From sequence record SRR20825010_3190: DNA of 36,826 bases; one strand, written 5' to 3'. The first letter of the stretch is position 1. Each line of letters begins with the position of its first letter. A program made the position numbers and the translations under genes. Of the stretch, positions 1-10,057 are shown piece by piece. Under the pieces are notes generated by a model, which was not told the origin of the DNA, did no database searches, and was given only the letters and a program-made list of their open reading frames with translations.

Positions 1-11
1 CTCGCATTCCG

Positions 12-38
12 ACCCTCCCCAACTGCGTTCGGGAGGGT
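12..38. repeat. Short GC-rich palindrome (ACCCTCCC...GGGAGGGT), possibly part of a REP-like interspersed repeat cut by the window edge
   Basis: ACCCTCCC (12-19) is the reverse complement of GGGAGGGT (31-38), with an inner AAC/GTT pair; intergenic; only one copy seen here. Confidence 0.45.
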
Positions 39-200
39 GAATTCAACCTTGCGAAGCACGGCATTTGTAAATTGCATTGTCTCTGCCATGGGCGGGGTTC
101 TACAGAACATTGCCGGATCGCTACTTTGGCGGGCGGATTCGAGTTCGCCGCTTATCCGCTAAGCTATTGGAAACGACAACACGCTTCTCTTTGAAGATTC

Positions 201-1121
201 TTGATGCTGCCGCACTCTGAATATGTTGAACAAGCGTACTTGTTCGATCTGCTACGACAACGCATCGCTGAGCAAACGCCGATGCAGGAGCTGCTGGAGC
301 AATTGCGGCACGAGCTGCTTGCGACCACTCGGTTGCCAATGGCGATCGAGTTCATGCTGACGGAACTTCGGCACACCGGTTTGATGGGGCCTGCGATGGA
401 GCGATTGTCGCACTACTTTTCGCCCTTTCAGACTTACCTCGTCAATGAGTCCGAAGAAGAGGCTGGTCGATTCACCATTCACTTGGCTTTGCAAATCCTG
501 CAGGCCGATGCGAAGTTGCGTTCTCAATTCAGTGAGCAGATGGAAGCGATCGAGTCGGATTCGATTCAGCCCGCTCGAGCCAGTTCGCATCATCGCGGAC
601 CGACCACTCCGGAAGCCATTCTGCAGCATTGTCGCTGCGGTTTCTTCTTCTTTCAGTTTGAAACGCTTTCGCGAAATCGATTGGGATACGACGCCGGTTT
701 ATTGGCAATGAGCAAGGACCCGGTTTACGACCAATCCTGGTCTCAGTGGTTGCTGAATTTGCGAGCCCAAGTGGGCTTGGTCGATCTGGCTGACTTGCTG
801 TTCTTGAGCAGCGAGGAGTATCGCCGTCGGTTGGTGGAAGCTGACCAAGACGTCAGCCAGAAAGGGCCGTTTCTATTTGGCGAAAAAGAAGGTCGCATCG
901 CGCTCGCAAACCGACGCAAAGACCCGGTGTATCTGTTTGGCGCGATGCAGCGGCACCTTGGTTATCCGCCAGTGCCTCGACCTGTTCGAGTGACAGAAGA
1001 TCGCGATACCATCCCGCAATTGCTCCGGCGCATCGAACGTTTGGAATCACGTTTGAAGTTGATGGAGCAAGAGCAGAAGCAAGAGCTGGATATCAGCAAG
1101 TTTTACGAGAAGCCAAGCTGA
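201..1121 (+). CDS. Hypothetical protein with C-terminal coiled coil
   Basis: 306-aa ORF (TTG 201 or ATG 204) with protein-like helical composition; C-terminal heptad stretch LLRRIERLESRLKLMEQ; no family motif recognised. Confidence 0.8.
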   Translation: MMLPHSEYVEQAYLFDLLRQRIAEQTPMQELLEQLRHELLATTRLPMAIEFMLTELRHTGLMGPAMERLSHYFSPFQTYLVNESEEEAGRFTIHLALQILQADAKLRSQFSEQMEAIESDSIQPARASSHHRGPTTPEAILQHCRCGFFFFQFETLSRNRLGYDAGLLAMSKDPVYDQSWSQWLLNLRAQVGLVDLADLLFLSSEEYRRRLVEADQDVSQKGPFLFGEKEGRIALANRRKDPVYLFGAMQRHLGYPPVPRPVRVTEDRDTIPQLLRRIERLESRLKLMEQEQKQELDISKFYEKPS

Positions 1122-1178
1122 AAAGAATGCCCGCTCGATCGGCCGAAGCCGATTGGCAACGTTGGTTTCGAGCGATTG

Positions 1179-2300
1179 CTAAAGCTTGACCCAGCGGCTT
1201 TCATCTGCGTCGCTGCGACGCAACGCGTCAAGGACTTGCTGAGTCTTGACCGCAATCTCCGACGAGCGAGCTTCAACTCGGCGATGCAAGACTTCATCAG
1301 CGAAGTGCCGAAACATTCGAGTCTCTTGTGAGTCCGCTTCACCGCTGGCGTGTTCGGTGACGCCGTGTTTGCGACTGTGCTTGCCAAAGTTCCAACGGCA
1401 GTTGTCAATGAACAACTCGTGCCGGTGTGTCTCCCAACTGGATTCCGAGCCACTAAACGGCAATACAAAATCGTTCAACGTTGCGTAGCCGCGGTTGCCC
1501 GAGAGCGTTGCCGTTTGTTGGTTCACGCAAAAGAACGAGCAGAAAAAGCCCGCGGTCAGTCCGTCATCGAAACGCATTTCGCCTTGGAATTCGCCCGGCA
1601 CACGTCCATCGTCCAAGCGAACCGTCGACTGGCCACTGACGGCAGTCGGCAATCGATCGCCGGCTGCCCAGAGCGTGAATCGAATGCAGTACCAGCCAAG
1701 GTCGCCGAGTGCGCCGTGTGGTTCGAGTTCGGCGCTGGCGCGAATGTTGGCTTCTTCGAACGAGTCGTCGCCGCAGAACGAGAAATGCGTTTGGATCCGT
1801 TTGAGATCGCCAAACGCGACGGGGTCGGTCAGCGTGTGCTTCAGTTCGGGCAGTCGGCTGGAATGATCAAACATCACGCCGTCCATCAAATTCACGCCCG
1901 CTTCGCGACAGGAATCGGCCATTTCAATGGCATCGTCAGCATGGACCGCGAACGGTTTTTCGGCGATCACGTGCTTCCCCGCAGCGGCGGCAGCAAGAAC
2001 CCACTTTTTGCGGTGAGTGGTCGGCAAGGCGATGTAAACCGCGTCGATGTCGTCGCGGTTTAGTAAAGCTTGGTAATCACCGATGGCTTCGGGGCGAGTC
2101 AGTTCGGACGATCCGTCTGGTCCGGTGATCACGGGCGGGCATTCAAGCGAGCAATCGTGAATGAAAGCTTCGGCTCGCTGCACGTCTCGACTGGCGACAG
2201 CGGCGACAACTCCGTTGCCGCTCATCCGGATGGCTTTCCAGTTTTTGCGAGCGATGTTCGCTGCGCCTAGAATTCCCCAGCGGCAGATTGACTTGGTCAT
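1179..2300 (-). CDS. Gfo/Idh/MocA family oxidoreductase
   Basis: RWGILGAANIA Rossmann start, IDAVYIALP, GKHVIAEKP, GALGDLGWY. Start moved to ATG 2300 because the longer ORF overlaps the upstream gene. Confidence 0.92.
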   Translation of the reverse strand: MTKSICRWGILGAANIARKNWKAIRMSGNGVVAAVASRDVQRAEAFIHDCSLECPPVITGPDGSSELTRPEAIGDYQALLNRDDIDAVYIALPTTHRKKWVLAAAAAGKHVIAEKPFAVHADDAIEMADSCREAGVNLMDGVMFDHSSRLPELKHTLTDPVAFGDLKRIQTHFSFCGDDSFEEANIRASAELEPHGALGDLGWYCIRFTLWAAGDRLPTAVSGQSTVRLDDGRVPGEFQGEMRFDDGLTAGFFCSFFCVNQQTATLSGNRGYATLNDFVLPFSGSESSWETHRHELFIDNCRWNFGKHSRKHGVTEHASGEADSQETRMFRHFADEVLHRRVEARSSEIAVKTQQVLDALRRSDADESRWVKL

Positions 2301-2328
2301 GTTCGAATACGTGGTTGTTAAAAGATGG

Positions 2329-4182
2329 TCAGTGATTTTCGGACAAGTCGGCTGGCAAGGTGTCGTTGATATCCAGCTCGTTGATCGTTTCGGATTGTTT
2401 GGAGACTTGCGGTTCGTCTTCATCCGACTGGGCAGCGGCGGGTTGGGATCGGGGCGCACCCGCAGCGGCATCTTCGGTTCGTTCGATGATGACCATGCAC
2501 ATGTCATCGAACTGCACCGCGCCACCCATGTGTTCAAACGCTTGACGAACGATTTCATTCTTGACCACTTTGGCCAGCGGCTCATCGTCTTCTTTGGAAG
2601 GAACAGCTTTGAGCACAATCTGACGAAGTGGATCGGTGCCCCACTCTTCCTCTTTCGCGTTGAGTGCTTCGCTGAATCCATCGGTGTACATCAACGCCAG
2701 ATCGCCGGCATGCATTGGAACGGTGGTCACCGCGTATTCCATGCCTTCGTCAATTGCGATGGGCAGTCCCGAGTCCTCATCACCCGGTTCGCTGATTTGG
2801 CCGGACACCGCATCGCGAACGATCGGCGGCATGTGGCCCGCGTTGACGATTTTCAGTTCATTGGATTGAGGGTCAATCACCACCAACAGGTAAGTCACGA
2901 AGCGTTGGACTTCGAGAGCGCTCATGCGATCGTTGAGTCGTTCGACCGCTCGAGCGAGATCGGGTTCGCTGGCGAGACAGAACCGCGTTTCCGCGGATAG
3001 TTTGGCCATGTACATCGCCGCGGCCACGCCATGACCGACGACATCCGCCACGACAACCGCGAGGCGTCCATCCGGCAAATCGACGTAGTCAAAGTAGTCG
3101 CCGCCGATGTGGTTGGCCGCTTGGTAAAAACTTTCGAGGTGGTACGTGGGAACCTGGGGCGCTTCCGCGGGAAGGAAGGCTCGCTGAACTTCCGTTGCGA
3201 GCTTGAGGTCTTGTTCGACTTCTTGCTGTCGCAATGCTTGTTCGTGCATGCGCGCATTGTTGATGACCACGCTGGCTTGTGCAGCGATGCCGGTCAGCAG
3301 GTCAATGTCTTCGTCTCGAAACTGGCCGCGACCTTGGGTGGAATCGATTTGCAATGCGCCGATGGCTTTGCCGTCCTCATCGTGAAGCGGTGCACACATC
3401 ATGGAACGGATCGAAAAATCAGCGATCGATTCGCTGCTGTCGAACCGGCTGTCATCCATCGCGTCGAGGGACAAGATCGTGTGGCCCGTTTCCATCGTTT
3501 GGCGGATGATCGTTCGGCTGATTCGAATCGTTTCGGTGTCGTCGGTTTTGTTTCTTAGTTGGACCCAACGTGGCACCAATGCTCCATCGGGAGTTTCCAT
3601 GACCACAAAACCGCGGTCCGCTGACGGGAAGATTTGAAACAAACTCGAAAGCACTTTGGGCAGCACATCGTCGACGGAAATGGCGCCGGTCAGGTTGCTG
3701 TTGATTGCGATCAGTGCGGCCAGTTTGGCTTCCGCCGTCGCTGACATTTTCAGGCCATCATCGCCCGATCGAAACTCGACTTTGGGGCCGGTGATCTGCT
3801 TGGCGTGAGTCTCATCGACCATCAGGATCCCGAAGTTGGATCCGTCGAAGGTCATTTCGCCGCTGCCACCTCCGCTGGCGAAACCTGGAACCTCGTCGCC
3901 GTGGAAGACAAGCACGACTTCGCTGATTCGGATTCGGTCACCTTCGGAGAGCACATGGGGGCGTGAAAGAAGTTGGCCGTTGACGAAGGTTCCGTTTCGG
4001 CTGCCGGCGTCTTCGACCGCGAACTCGTTGCCCTTCTTCGTGATTTTCGCGTGATAGCGACTGACCGCTCCTGCGTCGACCACGATATCGCAGTCGGGAT
4101 GGCGGCCCACTTGCATTTCGTCACGGTCCAACTGGAAAGTGCCCGAAGGATTGCCGTCGATGGAGGAAGTGAGATGGGCCAT
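2329..4182 (-). CDS. FHA + GAF + SpoIIE/PP2C-type protein phosphatase
   Basis: FHA motifs GRHPDCDI, VSRYHA, GSRNGTFVNG; GAF segment IRSMMCAPL...IGALQID; PP2C motifs GGDYFD, ADVVGHG, NAGH, YTDG, DDMC. Confidence 0.93.
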   Translation of the reverse strand: MAHLTSSIDGNPSGTFQLDRDEMQVGRHPDCDIVVDAGAVSRYHAKITKKGNEFAVEDAGSRNGTFVNGQLLSRPHVLSEGDRIRISEVVLVFHGDEVPGFASGGGSGEMTFDGSNFGILMVDETHAKQITGPKVEFRSGDDGLKMSATAEAKLAALIAINSNLTGAISVDDVLPKVLSSLFQIFPSADRGFVVMETPDGALVPRWVQLRNKTDDTETIRISRTIIRQTMETGHTILSLDAMDDSRFDSSESIADFSIRSMMCAPLHDEDGKAIGALQIDSTQGRGQFRDEDIDLLTGIAAQASVVINNARMHEQALRQQEVEQDLKLATEVQRAFLPAEAPQVPTYHLESFYQAANHIGGDYFDYVDLPDGRLAVVVADVVGHGVAAAMYMAKLSAETRFCLASEPDLARAVERLNDRMSALEVQRFVTYLLVVIDPQSNELKIVNAGHMPPIVRDAVSGQISEPGDEDSGLPIAIDEGMEYAVTTVPMHAGDLALMYTDGFSEALNAKEEEWGTDPLRQIVLKAVPSKEDDEPLAKVVKNEIVRQAFEHMGGAVQFDDMCMVIIERTEDAAAGAPRSQPAAAQSDEDEPQVSKQSETINELDINDTLPADLSENH

Positions 4183-4584
4183 GAGATGAATGAGTGGAAG
4201 GCGGGCACGGCTCGCGAGAACTCGCAATTTCACAAAAGCTGTTTTAGCGGATCAAGGATGCAATGGATCTTTGTCCGTCGCGACGCGCTAGTGTAGCCAC
4301 TCCAACGAGAACCCAAAACGAGGTGACCCTGGCGAGGCGATCTCGGCAGGGTGATCTCGATACGGCGGAGCGGACTGTGCATTCATTCACGCGTTCCGAT
4401 GAAAGCTCGACGCCGCGACGCAATTCCCAAGTCCACCAGTGTGTGGACCACCAACAAAGACCCGTGGTTCGCTGCGGATTGCCGGCTCAACCGCGAGGGG
4501 AGCCGTGAACGCCACCGGGCCGCTGAGGTCACAGCGGATGATCGATATGCGGCGGCGAATCACTACAAGGGCACCAGGCCAACG

Positions 4585-4624
4585 AAAAACGCCCTTCATG
4601 CGAGCGGGTTCGCATGAAGGGCGT
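4585..4624 (-). terminator. Rho-independent terminator of the HTH-REC regulator gene
   Basis: Perfect 15-bp inverted repeat ACGCCCTTCATGCGA (4589-4603) / TCGCATGAAGGGCGT (4610-4624), 6-nt loop, followed by a T run on the minus strand; ~40 nt after the stop at 4662. Confidence 0.85.
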
Positions 4625-4661
4625 CGAGGCGGGGTGGCACAAAGGCCCTTCTGAGTCGGTC

Positions 4662-5234
4662 TTAGACCAACTCCTTCTTTGCTCCGACGAGAGTTCGCAA
4701 ACGTTCGGCCAACAAGTGGGCGTCGAACGGTTTTTTGAACGTTTCGTTGATGCTGCTGCGATCGAAGCTCATTGGTTGGCCATCATCTGGCAGCAACGCA
4801 ATCAACACGATATCGGTGAAATCGATGTTCTTTCGCAGGTTTTGGCAAATCTGAACCGCTTCGATTTTACCGATCGAAAAGTCCACGATGATGCAGTCTG
4901 GATTGAAGCTTTCGGCTTGAATGCCGGCTTCAAATCCGCTGGCTGCAACAGCGACTTTGAACGATTTCTCGGGTGGCAATTCACGCTTCAGGTTCTCGAT
5001 GAGAACTTGGTCCTGGGCGACGATCAGGCACTTTGCCATCGCTTCGTCTTCCAGGTCGCCCAAGGGCATACCATGCTCTTTCAAGAATTTGATCAAATAC
5101 TCCCGCGGGATCCGCCGATCTTGCGATCCAGGAATGCGGTAGCCTTTCAAACGCCCCGAATCGAACCATTTACTAACAGTTCGTGGGGCAACTTTACAGA
5201 TCTTGGCGACCTGTCCAGTTGTGAAGACCTTCAT
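4662..5234 (-). CDS. Excisionase/MerR-like helix-turn-helix + atypical receiver domain regulator
   Basis: MKVFTTGQVAKICKVAPRTVSKWFDSGRLKGYRIPGSQDRRIP (HTH_17-like) followed by REC-like PDCIIVD...KKPF; GGAG ribosome-binding site before ATG 5234. Confidence 0.9.
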   Translation of the reverse strand: MKVFTTGQVAKICKVAPRTVSKWFDSGRLKGYRIPGSQDRRIPREYLIKFLKEHGMPLGDLEDEAMAKCLIVAQDQVLIENLKRELPPEKSFKVAVAASGFEAGIQAESFNPDCIIVDFSIGKIEAVQICQNLRKNIDFTDIVLIALLPDDGQPMSFDRSSINETFKKPFDAHLLAERLRTLVGAKKELV

Positions 5235-6265
5235 ACTAGGTGCTCCAAAACGCCTCGTTGATTCTTCCCTTGGAACAATGGTGCGTCGGTAACCATTGCC
5301 CCTGTGGCCCTTCTTTCGCTCTCCGTTCTCATCCACACGCTCTCAACGAAAAGTCTCGTTGGGAACCAATCTGTTCACGGTGGGTCGTGCTTTGATTGAT
5401 GATGGTTGAGGTTGTCAAACGCTGGGTCTGGGCCTGCCGGCTCGCGTCCTGCTGAACGCTTTCCGATTCGGGATTCTCGCGATGAAAATGTAATGAGTCT
5501 GTTCAAACGACTGCATGGGTGTGCAACCGGCGGGAAGAACACAGAAAGCCTTCAAGTGACACTCGGCCCAGCGTTCCGCAACATCGCACTCGTTTCATTC
5601 CCCACGTGTCATCCTGACGCATGGTTCATGCAATACGATTTGTTGGTGCGGAACGATCGGCTGAGATCGCCCGTTGGCAGTGCTAGGAATCACCTGTGCA
5701 ATCGTGATCCGTCGTCATGACGAACCCTTCCCGCGGCGGTGAGACACCGAAGCACCTTTTCCCAGAATTCCCCCCTGGGTGTCCGGGAGCGTTTCAGCCG
5801 AAGCCAAACTGCTCCCTTCCGAGACATAGTGTCGAGTAAATCCGGGTCAACTCTTTAATGTGATTCATCGCGAACAATCACTATCAGCGAATCGACTGCT
5901 CGAACCACGTGTTTTCCGTGTCAACATCAATCAACATTCGCAAAAAAACTTTCCCAAATCTTTTTGATTGGATGCCGTAGATAACGGTTTGGTTCCCCAC
6001 GCCCACCCGAGTAGGGCACCGACAGGCATCGTCTGTGGCGGAATCATCGTGCGAGCCGCCAGGACCGCGTTTGCGTGCAGCCGGACCGCGGTGGCGAAGT
6101 TCGATTGAGGCTAGCAGCTCCGATTGCGCACGCGGCTTTGGTTGTGCTCATGCGGCATGCGGTTAAAACTGCTCAAAACCGATGCTGATGCGGCCGCAAT
6201 GCATTTCGCGCTGGTCAGTCCGCCATCAAGCTTCTTCCGATAGCCGTCGCCGATTCGATTTTGCC

Positions 6266-6793
6266 ATGAAACCCGATCCAAGTTCGACCCATTTCAACGC
6301 TGCGGGAGAAGTCCATATGGTCGACGTGACCGGCAAAGACATCACCGTTCGCGAGGCGGTTGCCTCAGCGAGGATTCGCATGTCAGCGGATGCTGCCGAA
6401 GCGATCCGTCGCGGCGATGCCAAGAAAGGCGATGTCTTGGCCGTGGCAAGGTTGGCGGGAATCGCTGGTGCGAAGTGGACGTCGCATTTGATTCCTCTGT
6501 GCCATGCGATTCCGATCGAAGCGGTGTCCATCGACTTTGATTGGGTGGATGAATCTGAATCTGATGATGATGCGGTCGCAAATCAGACGCTTCGATGCAC
6601 CGCGACGGCTCGCACGACGGGGAAAACCGGCATCGAGATGGAAAGTCTGACCGCCGCCAGCACCGCCGCTCTGACCGTGTACGACATGCTGAAATCGGTC
6701 GATCGAGCGATGGTCATCGACCAAGTGCGGCTGGAGTCGAAATCCGGTGGGAAGAGCGGCGACTTTCGTCGAGACACAGGCGACAAAGCCTGA
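6266..6793 (+). CDS. moaC: Cyclic pyranopterin monophosphate synthase (molybdenum cofactor biosynthesis)
   Basis: HMVDVTGK, KKGDVLAVARLAGI, LIPLCH, TGIEMESLT, LTVYDMLKSVD, KSGGKSG signature motifs. Confidence 0.96.
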   Translation: MKPDPSSTHFNAAGEVHMVDVTGKDITVREAVASARIRMSADAAEAIRRGDAKKGDVLAVARLAGIAGAKWTSHLIPLCHAIPIEAVSIDFDWVDESESDDDAVANQTLRCTATARTTGKTGIEMESLTAASTAALTVYDMLKSVDRAMVIDQVRLESKSGGKSGDFRRDTGDKA

Positions 6794-6952
6794 GCTCGCC
6801 GCAGGTGAATCAGCGGAATGCACTTTCAGCTGAGAATTCGAGGTTGTCCTCGGGGCTTGCCTTCGGTTTAAGTCTTACGGGGGTATTCAGAAATGCCCTG
6901 TCGCCTGATGATTGGCGGTTTTCTGTTTTTGTCTAGTTTCACTGGTCGCGTC

Positions 6953-8086
6953 ATGGATCGGTCTGTGGTCCCTCCGTCTTCGAAATCCACCGTCTCTAAG
7001 CGAACGGCCGATTCTGACTCATCCGTCGCCTCTTCGGATGCAGTCTCCAGTGCGCATGGCACGAGCGGGGAAGTCAGTCCGCTTCGATCGATCTACGCAC
7101 CGATTGTGGAATCTTTGGCCGCCGTCGACGCTCGTCTGCATCGCGAATTGCAATCTCGCTACGAAGCGCTGGTGCCAGTTCTGCGTCACGGAACACAGTT
7201 GGGCGGAAAGCGTCTGCGTCCGGCGTTGCTGTTGCTTTCGGGTGCCGCGATGCACGCCGATCGGACGTCGAAAAACCCTTTGACGACTGAAGAATTGGCT
7301 ACGACCGAAGATCACATCGTGATGGCGACGGTTGTCGAAATGGTTCACACCGCGACGCTGATCCATGATGATGTTTTGGACAAAGCAGCAACGCGTCGAC
7401 ATGTCCCCACGATCAATGCTCGTTGGAACGACGACACCAGCATTTTGCTGGGCGATTATCTGTTCGCTCAGAGTTTCTATCTTGCCGCGACGCTGCCGTC
7501 GACGCTGGCATGTCGTTTGGTTGGCCAAGCGGCCCAGAAGGTTTGCGAAGGCGAACTGCGTCAAGTTCTCGGACGCGATTGGCTGGATATCGATGAAGAA
7601 ACCTATCTCGACATCATTCGCGGTAAAACGGCCGAGTTGACTCGCGTATCATGTCAGATTGGTGCGGATCTCAGTGGCGGCGATGAGAGCCAAGTCGAAG
7701 CGTTTGCTCGGTTTGGCAACGATCTGGGCATCGCCTTCCAAATCGCGGACGATTTTCTCGACTTGTGGGGTGACGACGACGACGTGGGCAAAACGTTGGG
7801 AACCGATCTGCAGCAGGGTAAAATCACGCTGCCGTTGATCAGGCTGCTGCGTCATGAAGACACCACGGTCGCGACCGCTGCGTTGGATGCGTTGCGTTTG
7901 TCGCCGGAAGATCGGCTCGCGCGAGTGATGCCGTTGCTGCGAAAGAGCGATGCGGCAGAATACACGCGAAAGGTTGCCGAGTCCTATCGTCGGAGTGCCA
8001 TTGAAGCGATCAGCGGATTCGCTCCTTCGTCAGCCTTGGAATCATTGAAGACGATCGCTGATTTCGCGGTCGATCGCCGGTTCTAG
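6953..8086 (+). CDS. Long-chain trans-polyprenyl diphosphate synthase (IspB-like)
   Basis: GGKRLRP, ATLIHDDVLD (first Asp-rich motif with Ala at -5, consistent with long-chain product), GKTA, FQIADDFLD, GKITLP. Start uncertain (6893 or 6953). Confidence 0.93.
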   Translation: MDRSVVPPSSKSTVSKRTADSDSSVASSDAVSSAHGTSGEVSPLRSIYAPIVESLAAVDARLHRELQSRYEALVPVLRHGTQLGGKRLRPALLLLSGAAMHADRTSKNPLTTEELATTEDHIVMATVVEMVHTATLIHDDVLDKAATRRHVPTINARWNDDTSILLGDYLFAQSFYLAATLPSTLACRLVGQAAQKVCEGELRQVLGRDWLDIDEETYLDIIRGKTAELTRVSCQIGADLSGGDESQVEAFARFGNDLGIAFQIADDFLDLWGDDDDVGKTLGTDLQQGKITLPLIRLLRHEDTTVATAALDALRLSPEDRLARVMPLLRKSDAAEYTRKVAESYRRSAIEAISGFAPSSALESLKTIADFAVDRRF

Positions 8087-8223
8087 AACCAGCGGGGATT
8101 TGCGTCGGCCATTCAGGCCGTTGAACGCGTTTATTCTCTCCTCGGTATCGACCGGAAAACAGATCGACCGTAAGACGGGCTTCCAAGTCCGCCGGTGCCT
8201 GACGCTTGTTTCCTGCTGATTGC

Positions 8224-9513
8224 TTAGCCGTCGAAGCGGCTTAGGCACAGCGTCACGTTTTGGCCACCAAAGCCGAAGCTGTTGTTCAGTGCGTGTTTGA
8301 TCTCGGCTGGGCGAGCTTCATTGGGCACGTAGTCCAAATCGCAGTCCGGGTCCGGTGTCTCTTGGTTGATCGTCGGCGGCAAAACCGAATCGCGAATCGC
8401 CATCAGGCACACGATCATCTCGGTCACACCCGCGGCCGCGATCAGGTGGCCCATCATGCTCTTGGTGCTGCTAACGGGAGTCTGTTCGGCATGCTCGCCA
8501 AACACCTCGCGACAAGCTTTGGTTTCAACGCGGTCGTTGACTTTGGTGCTGGTTCCGTGAGCGTTGACGTAACCGATGTCGGACGGATTGAGTCCCGCGT
8601 CGGCGATTGCCATTCGCATGGACCCGATGCCGCCGTGACCGTCCGGCGGGATGTCGGTGATGCGATAGGCGTCGGCGGTTGTGCCGTAGCCGGCAACTTC
8701 CCCGTAGATCGTTGCACCACGTTTCTTGGCTGATTCGAGTTCTTCTAGCACGACCATGGCGGAGCCTTCACCCAGCACAAAACCGTTGCGGCCCGCGTCA
8801 AAGGGGCGACTGGCCTTGGTCGGATCGTCGTTGCTTTCGCTCAACGCCGTCAGCAAGTTGAATCCGGTCACACCAAACGGGTGGATCATGCTGTGCGTTC
8901 CGCCCGCCAACATCGCATCGGCTTCGCCGCGACGGATGATTTCGGTGGCTTCGCCAACGGCTTGGCTGCTGGCCGCACATGCGGTCAGGCAGTTGAAGTT
9001 TGGGCCCTGTGCGTTGAAGCGGGCGGCGAGGTGCGCCGCGGGCATATTCGGTTCTTGTTCCAGTTCTTTGGCTGGATCGAGCAGGCTCAATCCGGCGGCA
9101 ATGAACTTGGTTGGGTCGTAGGTTCCGTCGGCCAGTGCCGCAACCATCATTTTGCTGAACGTGTTGAAGTCTTGGTTGCCTTCACCACTGCCCAAATAAA
9201 CGCCGATTCGCGTGGGATCCTTGATCGACGACAGGACACCGCTGTCCTTCATCGCTTGAGTGGCGGCCGCAATCGCGAATTGCGTGTGACGTCCGCGTTG
9301 GACGTGTTTTTCACCGTCTTCAACCGCTTTGGTGATATCCCAGTTCTTGATTTCCGCACTGATTCGCGTGGGGAAACCGCTGGCGTTGAACAGCGTTGTG
9401 GGCGCAACGCCACTGCCGCTTTCTTGCAGGCCAGACCAAACGGTGGCGACATCCCAACCCATTGGGTTGATCATACCGATTCCGGTGACGACGACTCGGC
9501 GACGCGACGACAT
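8224..9513 (-). CDS. Beta-ketoacyl-ACP synthase, FabF-like
   Basis: RRVVVTGIG, catalytic TACAAS, NAHGTST, KSMMGHL, NSFGFGGQN; Cys-His-His triad intact. Confidence 0.95.
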   Translation of the reverse strand: MSSRRRVVVTGIGMINPMGWDVATVWSGLQESGSGVAPTTLFNASGFPTRISAEIKNWDITKAVEDGEKHVQRGRHTQFAIAAATQAMKDSGVLSSIKDPTRIGVYLGSGEGNQDFNTFSKMMVAALADGTYDPTKFIAAGLSLLDPAKELEQEPNMPAAHLAARFNAQGPNFNCLTACAASSQAVGEATEIIRRGEADAMLAGGTHSMIHPFGVTGFNLLTALSESNDDPTKASRPFDAGRNGFVLGEGSAMVVLEELESAKKRGATIYGEVAGYGTTADAYRITDIPPDGHGGIGSMRMAIADAGLNPSDIGYVNAHGTSTKVNDRVETKACREVFGEHAEQTPVSSTKSMMGHLIAAAGVTEMIVCLMAIRDSVLPPTINQETPDPDCDLDYVPNEARPAEIKHALNNSFGFGGQNVTLCLSRFDG

Positions 9514-9519
9514 GGACGT

Positions 9520-10026
9520 TTACAGATTTTCGTGAAAAGGAATCGGTTCTCCGTCAGCCGTGACGGCGACGTGAAAGAAGTTCATCATCCGCATCATGGC
9601 CAGCAAATCGCCAGGATTGAAGAGCGGTCCATCGATTAAATGGCCTTCCTCGAGGAAGGCAAACATCAGGTCGACTTCGGCTTGCAATTCACCGTCGCAG
9701 TGGCTGGTACCGGTGACGGTTGCACCACTTTCTTGGGTGCGTTCCAGTTTGACATGATACTGCAACGAATCGCCAGGTCGCGCAGGTGCATAGTACTTCG
9801 CACTGCCGACCTTGGCCAAAACGACCCGTTTGGTGAACCCAAACTTCTCGTGCACCAGGATCCCGCCCAATTGAGCGAGACCCTCGATGATGAGAGTTGG
9901 CGGAAGCATCGTGTAGCCGAGGCAGTAATCGTCAACGACCTCTTCGTCCAACGCGACGTTCTTCACGCCGGACGCATGAGAACCGCTCACGAATTCGGTG
10001 AAGCGATCCACCCAAAACCATCGCAT
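9520..10026 (-). CDS. FabZ/FabA-like hot-dog dehydratase lacking the catalytic His
   Basis: WVDRF, GVKNV, LPPTLIIEGLAQLGG, PARPGDSL; the HFP motif is replaced by YCL. Confidence 0.85.
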   Translation of the reverse strand: MRWFWVDRFTEFVSGSHASGVKNVALDEEVVDDYCLGYTMLPPTLIIEGLAQLGGILVHEKFGFTKRVVLAKVGSAKYYAPARPGDSLQYHVKLERTQESGATVTGTSHCDGELQAEVDLMFAFLEEGHLIDGPLFNPGDLLAMMRMMNFFHVAVTADGEPIPFHENL

Positions 10027-10057
10027 GGCAGGCTGCCTTCGGTTGTTACGCGGATGC

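Noticed and set aside
2301-2681. 127-aa N-terminal extension of the Gfo/Idh/MocA ORF, suggesting overlap or frameshift fusion with the phosphatase
   Set aside because: Out-of-frame read of the phosphatase 3' end; the family motif starts at ATG 2300 and no slippery site is evident.
5406-5720. 104-aa ORF in the long intergenic region
   Set aside because: TTG start, no RBS or motifs; the region is better explained as non-coding.
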